64,000 nt of DNA from a bacterium (lineage in GTDB: Bacteria > Patescibacteriota > Patescibacteriia > UBA2196). The notes under the pieces were generated by a model. The model was not told the origin of the DNA. It ran no database searches and saw only the letters and a list, made by a program, of their open reading frames with translations. This document shows, one piece after another, positions 37,921-47,800 of the stretch. The position numbers and the translations under genes were made by a program. The number at the start of each line of letters is the position of its first letter. Positions within the stretch are counted from its first letter, which is position 1. The stretch spans positions 3,498-67,497 of the forward strand of contig DAOOOW010000003.1 in assembly GCA_035387885.1 (NCBI GenBank), in the 5' to 3' direction.

Positions 37921-38616
37921 ATGAATGATAAATTAATTTCTTTTTACAATAATTTATACAGTAAAAAACAGACAAACGCCATGAGACCTTTTAAAGAGTA
38001 TCAGTTTTTTTTAAATTTTTTAAAGCCTTTTGGAACAGATCAAAAAATTTTAGATGTTGCTTGTGGGACCGGTTTTTTGTTAAAAGCCGCGGTAGATGAT
38101 GGTTTAAAAACTTATGGCATAGATATTGCAAATGAAGCGGTTAAAATTTCTCAAAAAAATAGTCCGCAATCAGAAATTTTTTTGGGTTTGGCAGAAGAAT
38201 TGCCGTTCGCAAATAATTTTTTTGATTTTATTTATTGTTTGGGTAGCATTGAACATTTTTCTGATATTAACAAAGGCTTGCTTGAAATGTTAAGAGTTGG
38301 TAAAGAAAATGCTAAATATCTTTTGGTAGTACCCAATAAAAATTATTTTGCTTGGTGGTTTACCCAAAAAAAAGGAACACATCAACGTGATATTGGCGAA
38401 GAATTAAAATCGTTAAAAGAATGGGTTAGTCTTTTTGAAAGTGCTGGTTTTAGAATTATTAAAATTAAACAAGATAAGTGGCCCACTAGGTGCTTACCTT
38501 GGTTTTACAGTTTTAATCCATTAAAAATTTTTAAGAGATTATTTTTTAAGCTGATTTGGATGGTGTTACCTTTAAAATATACTTATCAATTTATAATCGT
38601 TGCTGAGAAAAAATAA
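37921..38616 (+). CDS. class I SAM-dependent methyltransferase
   Basis: ILDVACGTG, AEELPF and GSIEHF. Confidence 0.9.
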   Translation: MNDKLISFYNNLYSKKQTNAMRPFKEYQFFLNFLKPFGTDQKILDVACGTGFLLKAAVDDGLKTYGIDIANEAVKISQKNSPQSEIFLGLAEELPFANNFFDFIYCLGSIEHFSDINKGLLEMLRVGKENAKYLLVVPNKNYFAWWFTQKKGTHQRDIGEELKSLKEWVSLFESAGFRIIKIKQDKWPTRCLPWFYSFNPLKIFKRLFFKLIWMVLPLKYTYQFIIVAEKK

Positions 38617-38619
38617 TTT

Positions 38620-39234
38620 ATGACTTACTGGGAAATTTTTTTTAGAGAAAAAATTAAAAAGATATTTTTGGAAAAAAAGACCGTCATTGATATTGGCGGT
38701 GGTTTAAGAATTACATCAGAAAAAGGAAATCGTTATGATAAAGAGAGAGATTGGTTAAAGCCATACGCCGCAAAAGTTGATTATAAAATTTTGGATCCAG
38801 TGCCAGATTATAATCCCGATATAGTTGGCGATATACATAATTTGCCGTTTGAGGATAGTTCGGTTGATGCTATTGTTTGTTTAGCGGTCTTGGAACATGT
38901 GGAAAATCCGATTAAGGCAGTTTCTGAAATTAAGAGGGTTTTAAAACCAGGGGGCTTTTGTTTGGTTACGGTACCTTTTTTATATTACTATCACGCAGAG
39001 AAAGGTTATTATAAAGATTATTGGAGATTTACTGAGGATGCAGTGGAATTTATTTTTAAGGATTTTTCTAATATAGAAAAGATTAATATCCGGGGCGCTT
39101 TGTCAACTTGGGTAAAGATTTCTCCTTTAGGTAAATATAAATTATTTATAATAATAGCCGCTTTTTTCGATAAAATTTTTAAAAAAATAAATAGTAAACA
39201 AACCAGCGGTTATTGTATTTTTTTGACTAAATAA
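38620..39234 (+). CDS. class I SAM-dependent methyltransferase (type 11)
   Basis: IDIGGG, GDIHNLPF, VLEHV, RVLKPGG and DYWRFT. Confidence 0.9.
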   Translation: MTYWEIFFREKIKKIFLEKKTVIDIGGGLRITSEKGNRYDKERDWLKPYAAKVDYKILDPVPDYNPDIVGDIHNLPFEDSSVDAIVCLAVLEHVENPIKAVSEIKRVLKPGGFCLVTVPFLYYYHAEKGYYKDYWRFTEDAVEFIFKDFSNIEKINIRGALSTWVKISPLGKYKLFIIIAAFFDKIFKKINSKQTSGYCIFLTK

Positions 39235-39236
39235 TT

Positions 39237-40397
39237 ATGAAAATTTTATATTTTGCCAATTCTCGCATTCCTACAGAAAAGGCTTATGGACTGCAAATTA
39301 TGAAAACATGTGAAGCTTTGGCCGAAAATGGCGTGAGTGTAGATTTAATTTTGCCGACCAGAAAAAACAGGCCTTTTAAGGGCATAGACGTTTTTGAATA
39401 TTATGGGGTTAAAAAAAATTTTGAAATTAAGAGAATTTTAAGTCACGATCCAAATTGGCTTATGATTTTGCCAAATGGAATTTTTATCAAGGCGCAAATT
39501 TTTTTCTTTAGCCTTTCCTTGTTTTTATTTTTATTTTTTAAACAAAGCAAAAAAGATTTTATTTTTTATACCCGCGATGAATATCTTTTGCCAATATTAT
39601 TAAATTTTTCCAAAAAAGTTTTTTGGGAAGCGCACACTTTGCCACGAAACGGCAAGCATTACTTAAAATTTTGGCACAAATGTGTTGGAATTGTGGCAAT
39701 TACCGAAGGTTTGAAAAAAGATTTGATAAAATTGGGTTTGGAAGAAAATAAAATTATGGTGGCGCCGGATGGGGTGGATTTAAAAAATTTTGAATTAAGA
39801 ATTAAGAATTATGAATTAAGGGCGAGGTTTAACTTGCCGGCGGACAAAAAGATAGTGATGTATACGGGGCATCTTTATGATTGGAAAGGAACACAAACTT
39901 TGGCTGAGGCGGCGGAATTTTTGAATGATGACGCAATTGTTGTTTTTATTGGTGGAACGGATTTTGATTTGAAAAATTTTAAAAATAAAAATAGGGAATT
40001 GATTGAGAAAGGAAAAATTTTGCTTTTGGGCCAAAGGCCGCCAAGAGAAATCCCAGAATTTTTGGCCGTAGCTGATTGTTTGATTTTGCCAAATTCTGGT
40101 AAAGAGAATCGTTCAGAAAAATATACTTCACCCATGAAAATGTTTGAGTATTTGGCTGCAGGAAAGCCGATCGTGGCTTCAAATTTGCCTTCAATTAAAG
40201 AAATTTTAAATCAAGATAATGCTGTTTTGGTAGAAGCAGATAAACCCGAAGAATTTGCACGAGGAATTGTGAAAGTTTTGACCGATGACCCCGAGTGCTC
40301 AGGATTGGCACAAAAAATTTCAGCACAAGCCAAGGAAGACTCAAAAAAATATAGTTGGCTGAAAAGAGTAGAAAAAATTTTAAATTTTATCAGATAA
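39237..40397 (+). CDS. GT4 glycosyltransferase
   Basis: WEAH, PDGVD, YTGHLYDWKG and SPMKMFEYLAAG. Confidence 0.93.
   Translation: MKILYFANSRIPTEKAYGLQIMKTCEALAENGVSVDLILPTRKNRPFKGIDVFEYYGVKKNFEIKRILSHDPNWLMILPNGIFIKAQIFFFSLSLFLFLFFKQSKKDFIFYTRDEYLLPILLNFSKKVFWEAHTLPRNGKHYLKFWHKCVGIVAITEGLKKDLIKLGLEENKIMVAPDGVDLKNFELRIKNYELRARFNLPADKKIVMYTGHLYDWKGTQTLAEAAEFLNDDAIVVFIGGTDFDLKNFKNKNRELIEKGKILLLGQRPPREIPEFLAVADCLILPNSGKENRSEKYTSPMKMFEYLAAGKPIVASNLPSIKEILNQDNAVLVEADKPEEFARGIVKVLTDDPECSGLAQKISAQAKEDSKKYSWLKRVEKILNFIR
39792..39819. repeat. heptamer tandem repeat GAATTAW x4, in frame
   Basis: GAATTAA GAATTAA GAATTAT GAATTAA encodes ELRIKNYEL. Confidence 0.88.
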
Positions 40398-40404
40398 TTT
40401 TTTT

Positions 40405-41787
40405 ATGAAAATTTTTATCTTAAACCCATTGCTTTTTACCGATGAATTGCACGGAATTGCGCGCAAAAGACAGCCGTTGGAATTGGCCTATATGGCCAGT
40501 TTGTTTAGAGGAGAACACGAAGTTAAACTTTTGGATGCCAACGCTCTAAATTTGGATTTGGGACAAACAGTGGCCGAAATTAAAAATTTTCAGCCGGATA
40601 TTTTGATTTTGACTTCTACGCCATTGGATCGCTGGGAAGTGCCATCGCATTCACATATTAAATTGTTAATTAATAATTTAATTAAAACAATTAATGTTTT
40701 AGATATTCCGTATGTAATTTTGACCGGTGCGCACGGCACCATTATGCCGGAAAAAATGTTGAAAGAAACGAAAGTTAATTTTGTGGTGCGTGGTGAACCG
40801 GAGATGGTTGTAAAAGATTTGGTGGAAAAAATTTCAGTCGGTGAAAAAGATTATTCCGAAATTAAGGGAATTTCATATCTTCAAAATGGTGAAATAAAAA
40901 ATAACGCGGACGCGAAAAGAATTAAAAATTTGGACGAACTGCCGATGCCGGCGTATGATTTGTTGCCGATGGAAAAATATCGTTATACTTTTAACGATAT
41001 TCCCGAACCGTTTTCTTTAATGCTAACTTCCCGCGGGTGCCCCTTTAATTGTACCTATTGTTTGAAAGTGATGATGCCCGATTTTTATATTACACGCAGT
41101 CCTGAGAATGTGGCTGAAGAAATAAAATATTTAACAAAAAAATTTGGTGTTAAGGGAATTTATTTTCAGGATTGGGAGTTTTTGATTGATAAAAAAAGGA
41201 TAGCGACAATTTGTGATTTGATTTTGAAAGAAAATTTGGAAATTAAATGGGGTTGCAATGCGCGGGCGCCGGATGTAGACGAAGAAATTGTGAAGAAAAT
41301 GAAAGATGCCGGTTGTGTGCGAATTAATTTGGGTTTTGAAACGGGTTCGCAAAAAGTTTTGGATTTGGCGCAAAAAAAAGTGAAAGTTGAAGAAATGAAA
41401 AGAGCGTTTGAAATCTTAAAAAAATATGAAATAAATGTCGGGATTTATTCAATTTTAAATTTGCCGGGCGAGACAAGACAAACCATTGCGGAAACGGAAA
41501 ATTTTTTGGCGGAAAATGATTTGAAAACAATGTGCGCACCAAATTTGCCGATTCCATATCTTGGCACGCCACTTTATGAAATGTTAAAAAAGCAAGAAGG
41601 CAAGGAGGTGGCTTGGGAAGATTTAGATAAATATGCCGGTCGGGTGGGGGTGGTGCAAAGTCCGTTTTTAGCCAAAATTTATCGCTGGCATTACAAATAT
41701 AAATATAGCTTGGGCAGGTGGTATTTTTTAAAGCCAGAATTTTATGGGCATTTTTTAAAATTTATAAAAAATATATTAAAAATATGA
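40405..41787 (+). CDS. cobalamin-binding radical SAM protein
   Basis: PLELAY, TGAHGT, GEPE, SRGCPFNCTYC, GFETG and LPGET. Confidence 0.92.
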   Translation: MKIFILNPLLFTDELHGIARKRQPLELAYMASLFRGEHEVKLLDANALNLDLGQTVAEIKNFQPDILILTSTPLDRWEVPSHSHIKLLINNLIKTINVLDIPYVILTGAHGTIMPEKMLKETKVNFVVRGEPEMVVKDLVEKISVGEKDYSEIKGISYLQNGEIKNNADAKRIKNLDELPMPAYDLLPMEKYRYTFNDIPEPFSLMLTSRGCPFNCTYCLKVMMPDFYITRSPENVAEEIKYLTKKFGVKGIYFQDWEFLIDKKRIATICDLILKENLEIKWGCNARAPDVDEEIVKKMKDAGCVRINLGFETGSQKVLDLAQKKVKVEEMKRAFEILKKYEINVGIYSILNLPGETRQTIAETENFLAENDLKTMCAPNLPIPYLGTPLYEMLKKQEGKEVAWEDLDKYAGRVGVVQSPFLAKIYRWHYKYKYSLGRWYFLKPEFYGHFLKFIKNILKI

Positions 41788-42929
41788 AAATAGCAATTTT
41801 TTCTTTTGACATTGATCGTGCTTATGGAACAGGTAATATTACTTATGAATTATGCGTGGAGCTTTATAAAAAAGGAGTCGATTTTACTTTGTTTTTACCA
41901 CAGATTAATAACCGTGACGGCAAACCAAACAGTGAAAAATGTGTCGGATTTCCTTTTACAATTAAATGTGTAATGCCACCCTATGTGTCTGGACTTGGTG
42001 AAATGATTAAAAAGAAACTGATTGTGCAATATTTAAAAACTTATAATTTAAAAGATTTTACTTTAGTTCATTGTTTGTTTGAATTTCCGCATTCATTTAT
42101 TACCGCCCGCTCGGCCAAAAAAAATAAATTGCCTTTTATTATGGGCGCGCAAGGAACCTATGGGGTTTTGCCTTTAACTAAAAGTGCCCGACCGTTTTTA
42201 AAGTGGTCTTATAGCCAAGCTAAAGAAATTATTGTGCCGAGCCAATTTACCAAAGAGATGATAAACAAATACGCTGGTGAAAATTATCCCATTTCCATAA
42301 TTCATAATGGTGTTAATTTTTCTCGTTTTGAAAAAGCACCAGACATTTCAGATTTACGAGAAAAATACAAAGGACAGAAAATTTTGTTGACAGTTGGTGG
42401 ATTAATTCCACGCAAAGGACAGGATTTGGTTATTCGGGCGTTGCCAAAAGTCGTGGCCAAGCATTCGAGTGTAAAATATATTTTAGCTGGCACCGGCCGA
42501 ATGCTAGAACCGTGGCAAAAAATGGCGGAAAGTTTGGGTCTGGCAAACAGGGTTGAATTTTTGGGGCGAGTTGAGGCGGACGATGTCAATCGGTGGTTTC
42601 ATTTTTGTGATATTTATGTTCATACACCAATTGTGGTTAATTTAAGTTTTGAAGGTTTCGGCATTGTTTATATCGAAGCTAGTGCTTGTGGCAAGCCGAT
42701 TGTTGCGAGCGACGCGGGTGGTATTCGTGACGCTATTATTGAGGGTAAAACCGGTTTAATCGCGCGCGATAGAAATATTAATGATATCGCTGATAAAATT
42801 ATTAAATTATTAGACAGCGAGGATTTGCGCCGTCAGATGGGCGAAGCAGGCAGACAATATGCCAAAGAGCACGACTGGTCAATTATTACTGATAAATTTA
42901 TTGAAAAGTACAAACAATATAGTTTATGA
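41784..42929 (+). CDS. GT4 glycosyltransferase
   Basis: ATGA overlap with the upstream gene; HNGVN, GLIPRKGQD and EGFGIVYIEA. Confidence 0.93.
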   Translation: MKIAIFSFDIDRAYGTGNITYELCVELYKKGVDFTLFLPQINNRDGKPNSEKCVGFPFTIKCVMPPYVSGLGEMIKKKLIVQYLKTYNLKDFTLVHCLFEFPHSFITARSAKKNKLPFIMGAQGTYGVLPLTKSARPFLKWSYSQAKEIIVPSQFTKEMINKYAGENYPISIIHNGVNFSRFEKAPDISDLREKYKGQKILLTVGGLIPRKGQDLVIRALPKVVAKHSSVKYILAGTGRMLEPWQKMAESLGLANRVEFLGRVEADDVNRWFHFCDIYVHTPIVVNLSFEGFGIVYIEASACGKPIVASDAGGIRDAIIEGKTGLIARDRNINDIADKIIKLLDSEDLRRQMGEAGRQYAKEHDWSIITDKFIEKYKQYSL

Positions 42930-42942
42930 AATTTTGCAAAAT

Positions 42943-42978
42943 AAAAATGCCGACCTGATAGAAAGATCGGCGTTTTTT
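42943..42978. terminator. bidirectional terminator
   Basis: AAAAATGCCGA...TCGGCGTTTTTT. Confidence 0.75.
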
Positions 42979-42990
42979 GACGAATATTAT

Positions 42991-43659
42991 TTACTTTCTG
43001 GCAAGCCCATAGGCTTCCAGTGCCAACCTAGCAACCCTTTCTGGATACCAGTGTCCGCAGACACCGGGCACTAAGTCCTTAAGATCGAACAACCTTATTG
43101 CCGTATGATCGCTATCGTGGTACAGAGGTTGCTGGCCGTTATAGGTGGCAAGATAGCACAGGTTGATGGTGTCACATAATGTGCCGAGTGCCTCGGTATC
43201 TTCTGCGATCGTGCGATAGACGCCAATTAAAGTTACAATGGTTATATCCATACACGAATCCGAATCATCACGCAAGTTATTTTGCGTTATAAATTGTTCA
43301 ATCGACAACGATGTTAGACCACATTCTTTAGCTACTTTCCATAGAAGAAATTGCTTAACTGGGTAGAGAGTTAAAATTGTTCCACCCATAATCCACCAAC
43401 AATTTTTAAAAGGTGGTTTAGCACGAAGAATCATGGGAACCTTACCGTTTTCGATAATTACTGCATCAGCACAAGCCGACGTTAGTTTTGAACGATATAA
43501 TTTGTAAGTACTAACGCTCAGTCTATCTCTTGATATCTTAATAGATGGTTTAGTTATTAACAATAAATCTTGGCTAAACTTTTTTATCAAATTATCACCT
43601 AATTCAGTTATATTTTTTTCTATAATAATTGTGTCAAGCAAAATACCTGATTTGTTCAT
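42991..43659 (-). CDS. Nudix-fold protein resembling GDP-mannose mannosyl hydrolase, with a degenerate Nudix box
   Basis: ACADAVII..GKV..ILR..PP.K..WWIMGG...KECGL, DTINLCY and DSDH; GGAGG SD. Confidence 0.6.
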   Translation of the reverse strand: MNKSGILLDTIIIEKNITELGDNLIKKFSQDLLLITKPSIKISRDRLSVSTYKLYRSKLTSACADAVIIENGKVPMILRAKPPFKNCWWIMGGTILTLYPVKQFLLWKVAKECGLTSLSIEQFITQNNLRDDSDSCMDITIVTLIGVYRTIAEDTEALGTLCDTINLCYLATYNGQQPLYHDSDHTAIRLFDLKDLVPGVCGHWYPERVARLALEAYGLARK

Positions 43660-43697
43660 TTATAACCTCCTTTTTTTAAATTTGAAAGTTTTTATAT

Positions 43698-43756
43698 TTT
43701 ATAACATAATTTTAAAATAACGTCAAGTTGACATAAAAAGCAAATAATATTAAGAT
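43698..43756. promoter_or_regulatory. back-to-back divergent sigma70 promoters
   Basis: minus strand TTGACG-17-TATAAA; plus strand TTGACA-17-TAAGAT; the -35 boxes are 1 nt apart in GTCAAGTTGAC. Confidence 0.7.
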
Positions 43757-43791
43757 AAAATAATTATAAATAATTTAAATTATATTTTTTT

Positions 43792-44763
43792 ATGAAACAT
43801 TTAGTTATTGGCGGTTGTGGTTTTATTGGCAGCAATTTAGCCACTTATCTTAATTCATTAGGCGAAGAAGTAACAGTTTTAGATAATCTTTCTAGAGTTG
43901 GTTCAGAAATAAATTTAAGGTGGTTAGAAAAAATGGGTGTCAAATCCATTAGGGCTGACGTTTTAGAGCAAGATATTTTTAATCCCGAGGATTTTGATGT
44001 GATATATATGTTAGCTGGACAAACAGCAGTTACTCATTCAGTTGAGAATCCGCGTCATGATTTTATGGTTAATGTAACTGGCGTATTTAATGTTTTAGAA
44101 ACCATTAGAAAATCAGTTAAAAAGCCACGTTTAGTTTTTGCTTCTACCAACAAAGTTTACGGTCATTTGCAAATAAATCAACCATGTGATGAATCAACTC
44201 CTTTAGATTTTTATACACCATATGGTTGTTCAAAAGGTACAGCTGATCAATATATTAGAGATTATGCTCGAATTTTTGATTTATGTACAACGGTTTTAAG
44301 ACAATCATGTATTTATGGTCATCGGCAATGGGGTACTGAAGATCAGGGTTGGTTGGCTTGGTTTGCTTTAAGAATTTTGCAAGAAAAAGAAATTACAATT
44401 TTTGGTGATGGTTCACAGGTTAGAGATTTGCTTTACATTAGTGATTTAGTAGAACTTTATTATAAAATTGCTAGCGCACCAAAAGAAATTGTTCAAGGAA
44501 AAATTTATAATGTGGGTGGCGGATTAGAAAATTCTAGAAGTTTGTCTGAAGCAATTTATGAAATTAATAAATATACAGGTAAAAATCCTAAATTAATATT
44601 TGCCCCAGAAAGACCTGGCGATCAGCCATATTTTGTAAGCGATAATACTAAACTTAAAAAAGAACTTAGTTGGGAGCCAAAAATTAATGTTAATCAGGGC
44701 TTATTAAAATTATTAACTTGGCTAGAAAAAGGAGCTATACCTTATTATAATCAAAAACAATAA
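43792..44763 (+). CDS. NAD-dependent epimerase/dehydratase, CDP-paratose 2-epimerase (RfbE)-like
   Basis: GGCGFIG, AGQTAVTHS, STNKVYG, YGCSK, RQSCIYG and EDQGW. Confidence 0.88.
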   Translation: MKHLVIGGCGFIGSNLATYLNSLGEEVTVLDNLSRVGSEINLRWLEKMGVKSIRADVLEQDIFNPEDFDVIYMLAGQTAVTHSVENPRHDFMVNVTGVFNVLETIRKSVKKPRLVFASTNKVYGHLQINQPCDESTPLDFYTPYGCSKGTADQYIRDYARIFDLCTTVLRQSCIYGHRQWGTEDQGWLAWFALRILQEKEITIFGDGSQVRDLLYISDLVELYYKIASAPKEIVQGKIYNVGGGLENSRSLSEAIYEINKYTGKNPKLIFAPERPGDQPYFVSDNTKLKKELSWEPKINVNQGLLKLLTWLEKGAIPYYNQKQ

Positions 44764-44774
44764 TAAATTTTTTT

Positions 44775-44808
44775 AAACGGTTTATTTATAATCAATAAAC
44801 CGTTTTTT
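44775..44808 (+). terminator. rho-independent terminator
   Basis: AAACGGTTTATT...AATAAACCGTTTTTT. Confidence 0.8.
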
Positions 44809-44847
44809 CTTGTAATTTTTTAAAATTTTTATTATAATTAGATTAAG

Positions 44848-46170
44848 ATGATTAAAAAAATTAAGTCATTGTCTCAATCTAATTTTGTTAAAGACACAGC
44901 TATTTTGCAAGTCGGAACAATATTTTCTACCGGCTTGTCTTTTTTGGCATCTGTTATTTTTGCTCGCGTTTTGGGCCCAGAAAAATATGGTCAATACGCG
45001 CTTATTTTTTCTTTAACCGGTCTTTTTGGGATTTTTATGAATTGGGGCGCAGATTATGCTACCATTACTCTGTTAGCTGAAGCTTGGGCTAAACGTGATA
45101 AAGAAGAAATAAAGAATATTATTATTTTTTTTATAAAATTTAGTTTAATTGCTACTTTAACCGTTGGATTATTGGCTTTAATTTTTTCTCCGTTACTTGC
45201 CCAACATTTATATCATAACGAACAAATTGGACACTGGGCAAGAGTGGTTATATTAACCATTTGCTTTCAATTTATTTTCAGTTTACTAACCATTATTTTA
45301 CAGGCCGCTAGAAAAATTAAACACTTAACTATTTTAGAAAATATTAATAAAACCGCTGGTATTGTTATACCAACAATTTTTGTTTTAATTGGTTTGGGAC
45401 TTTATGGAATTGTCTGGGGTAATTTGTTAGCAGTTTTATTTTTTGTTTTTCTTTCTTTTTATATTTATCATGTGCTTTTAAAAAGAACTGAACTTTTACC
45501 AAGTTTTAAAATAATTTTATATGGTTTAAAAAATATTTCCACTAAAAAATATATTAAATTTGGTTTAACTATTGCTTTTGATAAAAATTTAGCCAATTTA
45601 AGCGCCGCTTTACCAATGATATTTTTAGGAATGACAGTTAGTCCAACACAAATTAGTTATTTTAAAATCGCCTTTGCCTATATTGGTTTGTCTTTAATTC
45701 TTTTAAAACCTATTTCTAGATTATTAATGGTACAACTACCTAAATCAAAAGTTATGGGTTATTCAATTCTTAAAGAACATTTTTTCAAAACGACCATTTA
45801 TTCTTTTTTAATAGTTTTAATTATTATTATTCCAATGTTGATTCTAGCCAAATTTTTAGTTTTGCTTGTCTATGGTGCTAATTATTTACCTTGTGTAAAA
45901 TTAATTTATTGGCTCTGGCCTTATGCCTTGATATCATCTTTGACAGTTGGTATTGGTACTTTTTATAGAACTATTAACAAAGTAAAAATGGCTGTCGTGG
46001 TTAATTTTTTAAATTTAATCATTGGTACGCCAATTTTTTATTGGTTAATTAAAAATTACGGTTTAACTGGAATGATCATAAGCGTTACTCTTTGTTTGGG
46101 CATTCCGGTTTTAATCATTTTGTGTTATATTAGTTATCAACTTAAAAAAATAAACATTCCAATAAATTAA
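44848..46170 (+). CDS. Wzx-type oligosaccharide flippase
   Basis: IFARVLGPEKYGQY; about 12 TMs. Confidence 0.9.
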   Translation: MIKKIKSLSQSNFVKDTAILQVGTIFSTGLSFLASVIFARVLGPEKYGQYALIFSLTGLFGIFMNWGADYATITLLAEAWAKRDKEEIKNIIIFFIKFSLIATLTVGLLALIFSPLLAQHLYHNEQIGHWARVVILTICFQFIFSLLTIILQAARKIKHLTILENINKTAGIVIPTIFVLIGLGLYGIVWGNLLAVLFFVFLSFYIYHVLLKRTELLPSFKIILYGLKNISTKKYIKFGLTIAFDKNLANLSAALPMIFLGMTVSPTQISYFKIAFAYIGLSLILLKPISRLLMVQLPKSKVMGYSILKEHFFKTTIYSFLIVLIIIIPMLILAKFLVLLVYGANYLPCVKLIYWLWPYALISSLTVGIGTFYRTINKVKMAVVVNFLNLIIGTPIFYWLIKNYGLTGMIISVTLCLGIPVLIILCYISYQLKKINIPIN

Positions 46171-46192
46171 AAAAATAATTATATTTAATAAT

Positions 46193-46645
46193 ATGTCAGA
46201 AAATAAAATTAAACTTGATCTTGGGTGTGGCAAAGAAAAAAAAGATGGTTTTATCGGTATTGATATTAATCCACAAAGTCAGGCCGATATTATTGCCTCT
46301 GCTTTAAATTTACCTTTTAAAGAAAATTCAGTCGATGAAATTTATTCCCGCCATGTGGGTGAACATTTTTCGCCGATTGAAATAGATATTTTTTTTAAGG
46401 AAATATATCGTGTATTAAAACCGGGCAGTAAAGCATTTTTAAAAATTGATCGCGATTGGAGTAAAAAAAGACTATTAAAAAAAGATAGCACACACGCTTA
46501 CCGTTATAGCACTGAAGAAATCAGGCAACATCTCAAAAATTTCAAATTTTCCAAAGTAAAAAATACTTTCTATTTTACCAAAACCCCTGATACTTTTTTG
46601 GGTTATACTTTTTATAACAAAATTTTTGTCTGGTTGGAAAAATAA
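46193..46645 (+). CDS. small class I methyltransferase-domain protein
   Basis: KLDLGCG..K..GFIGID, LPF and EIYRVLKPG. Confidence 0.85.
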   Translation: MSENKIKLDLGCGKEKKDGFIGIDINPQSQADIIASALNLPFKENSVDEIYSRHVGEHFSPIEIDIFFKEIYRVLKPGSKAFLKIDRDWSKKRLLKKDSTHAYRYSTEEIRQHLKNFKFSKVKNTFYFTKTPDTFLGYTFYNKIFVWLEK

Positions 46646-46665
46646 GAAATATAAAAATATCTTTT

Positions 46666-47796
46666 ATGTCTTGGATTCAATACTTTAAATTATTACGCTT
46701 ATCAATTAAGCACCATTCCATCACCAAAAATAAATTTAAACATTGGTGGCAAAAAAAAATAGGTTTGTCGCAAAACTTTCCTAGTTTGGTGCGTTTTTTT
46801 CTTTTTTATGGTTGTAATTTACGATGTTTTATGTGTGGCCAGTGGGGAAAAACAGGTGTTTCTAAAACAGAAGAAGTTAAAAACTATTTACCAATAGAGA
46901 AATTAAAAACTTTAATTAATGAAATTGCGCCATATAAGTCAGAAATTTATATTTGGGGCGGGGAACCAACATTGCATCCGGATTTCGCGGAATTTATTAG
47001 TTATTTAAAAAATAAAAAATTAACTTGTACCATTAATACTAATGGAGTATTATTGGAAAGATATGCTGAAGAAATTGTAAAAAACAAAATTGATTCTTTG
47101 GATGTTTCTTTAATTGGTCCAGAGCAAATTCATAATAAAACTGTAGGAGTGCCTGATACTTTTAAACAAGTGCTTAAAGGATTAAAAAAGATCGAAGAAA
47201 AAAGATTGATATATAATTACAAACCCTTAATTAAAGCTATTATTACTATTAATTCTCTTAACATTGGAGAGATAGAGAGTTTGTTAAAGGAAATTGAAAA
47301 AAATTCTGCCATTGATTTGAGCATTATTCAATTAGGTTGGTTTACCACATCAAAAGTTGGAGAAATTTATGAAAAAAGAATGCAAAAAAGTTTTGATTTG
47401 GCAGCCAAAAGTTGGTCTGGTTTTTTAAATAGTTATGAAAAAAATTTTGCCTTGTCGGTGCAAAATTTAATCCAAAAAATTAGAGTTAATAAAGAATATA
47501 AAAAACCAATTCTTTTTTTCCCAAATATTAAAACCAAAGATGTGGCCAATTACTATTTAGATCACAGCAACAGTTTTGGTTATAAAAAATGTGGGGCTTT
47601 GGAAAGAGAAATTGATATTCGTCATAATGGTGATGTGGTGATTTGCGCGGATTTTCCAGATTATGTTATTGGAAATTTAAATGAAGAATCTATAAAAAAA
47701 ATTTGGCAGGGTGAAAAACTAAAAGAATTTCATGAAGATATTAAAAAAAATGGTCTTTTTTCAATTTGCAACCGCTGTTGTGGGTTGTTTAGGTAA
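46666..47796 (+). CDS. radical SAM protein with a SPASM/twitch domain
   Basis: CNLRCFMC, GGEPTL and TNG; C-terminal C...GDVVIC...IGN...CNRCC. Confidence 0.92.
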   Translation: MSWIQYFKLLRLSIKHHSITKNKFKHWWQKKIGLSQNFPSLVRFFLFYGCNLRCFMCGQWGKTGVSKTEEVKNYLPIEKLKTLINEIAPYKSEIYIWGGEPTLHPDFAEFISYLKNKKLTCTINTNGVLLERYAEEIVKNKIDSLDVSLIGPEQIHNKTVGVPDTFKQVLKGLKKIEEKRLIYNYKPLIKAIITINSLNIGEIESLLKEIEKNSAIDLSIIQLGWFTTSKVGEIYEKRMQKSFDLAAKSWSGFLNSYEKNFALSVQNLIQKIRVNKEYKKPILFFPNIKTKDVANYYLDHSNSFGYKKCGALEREIDIRHNGDVVICADFPDYVIGNLNEESIKKIWQGEKLKEFHEDIKKNGLFSICNRCCGLFR

Positions 47797-47800
47797 GATA

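Noticed and set aside
40288-40304. Possible further in-frame palindrome (CCCGAGTGCTCAGG, peptide PECSG)
   Set aside because: Short, imperfect and single-copy in the window; cannot be told from chance without orthologues.
46666-47796. RiPP cluster around the SPASM enzyme
   Set aside because: No adjacent precursor peptide or PqqD/RRE domain; the neighbours are glycan genes.
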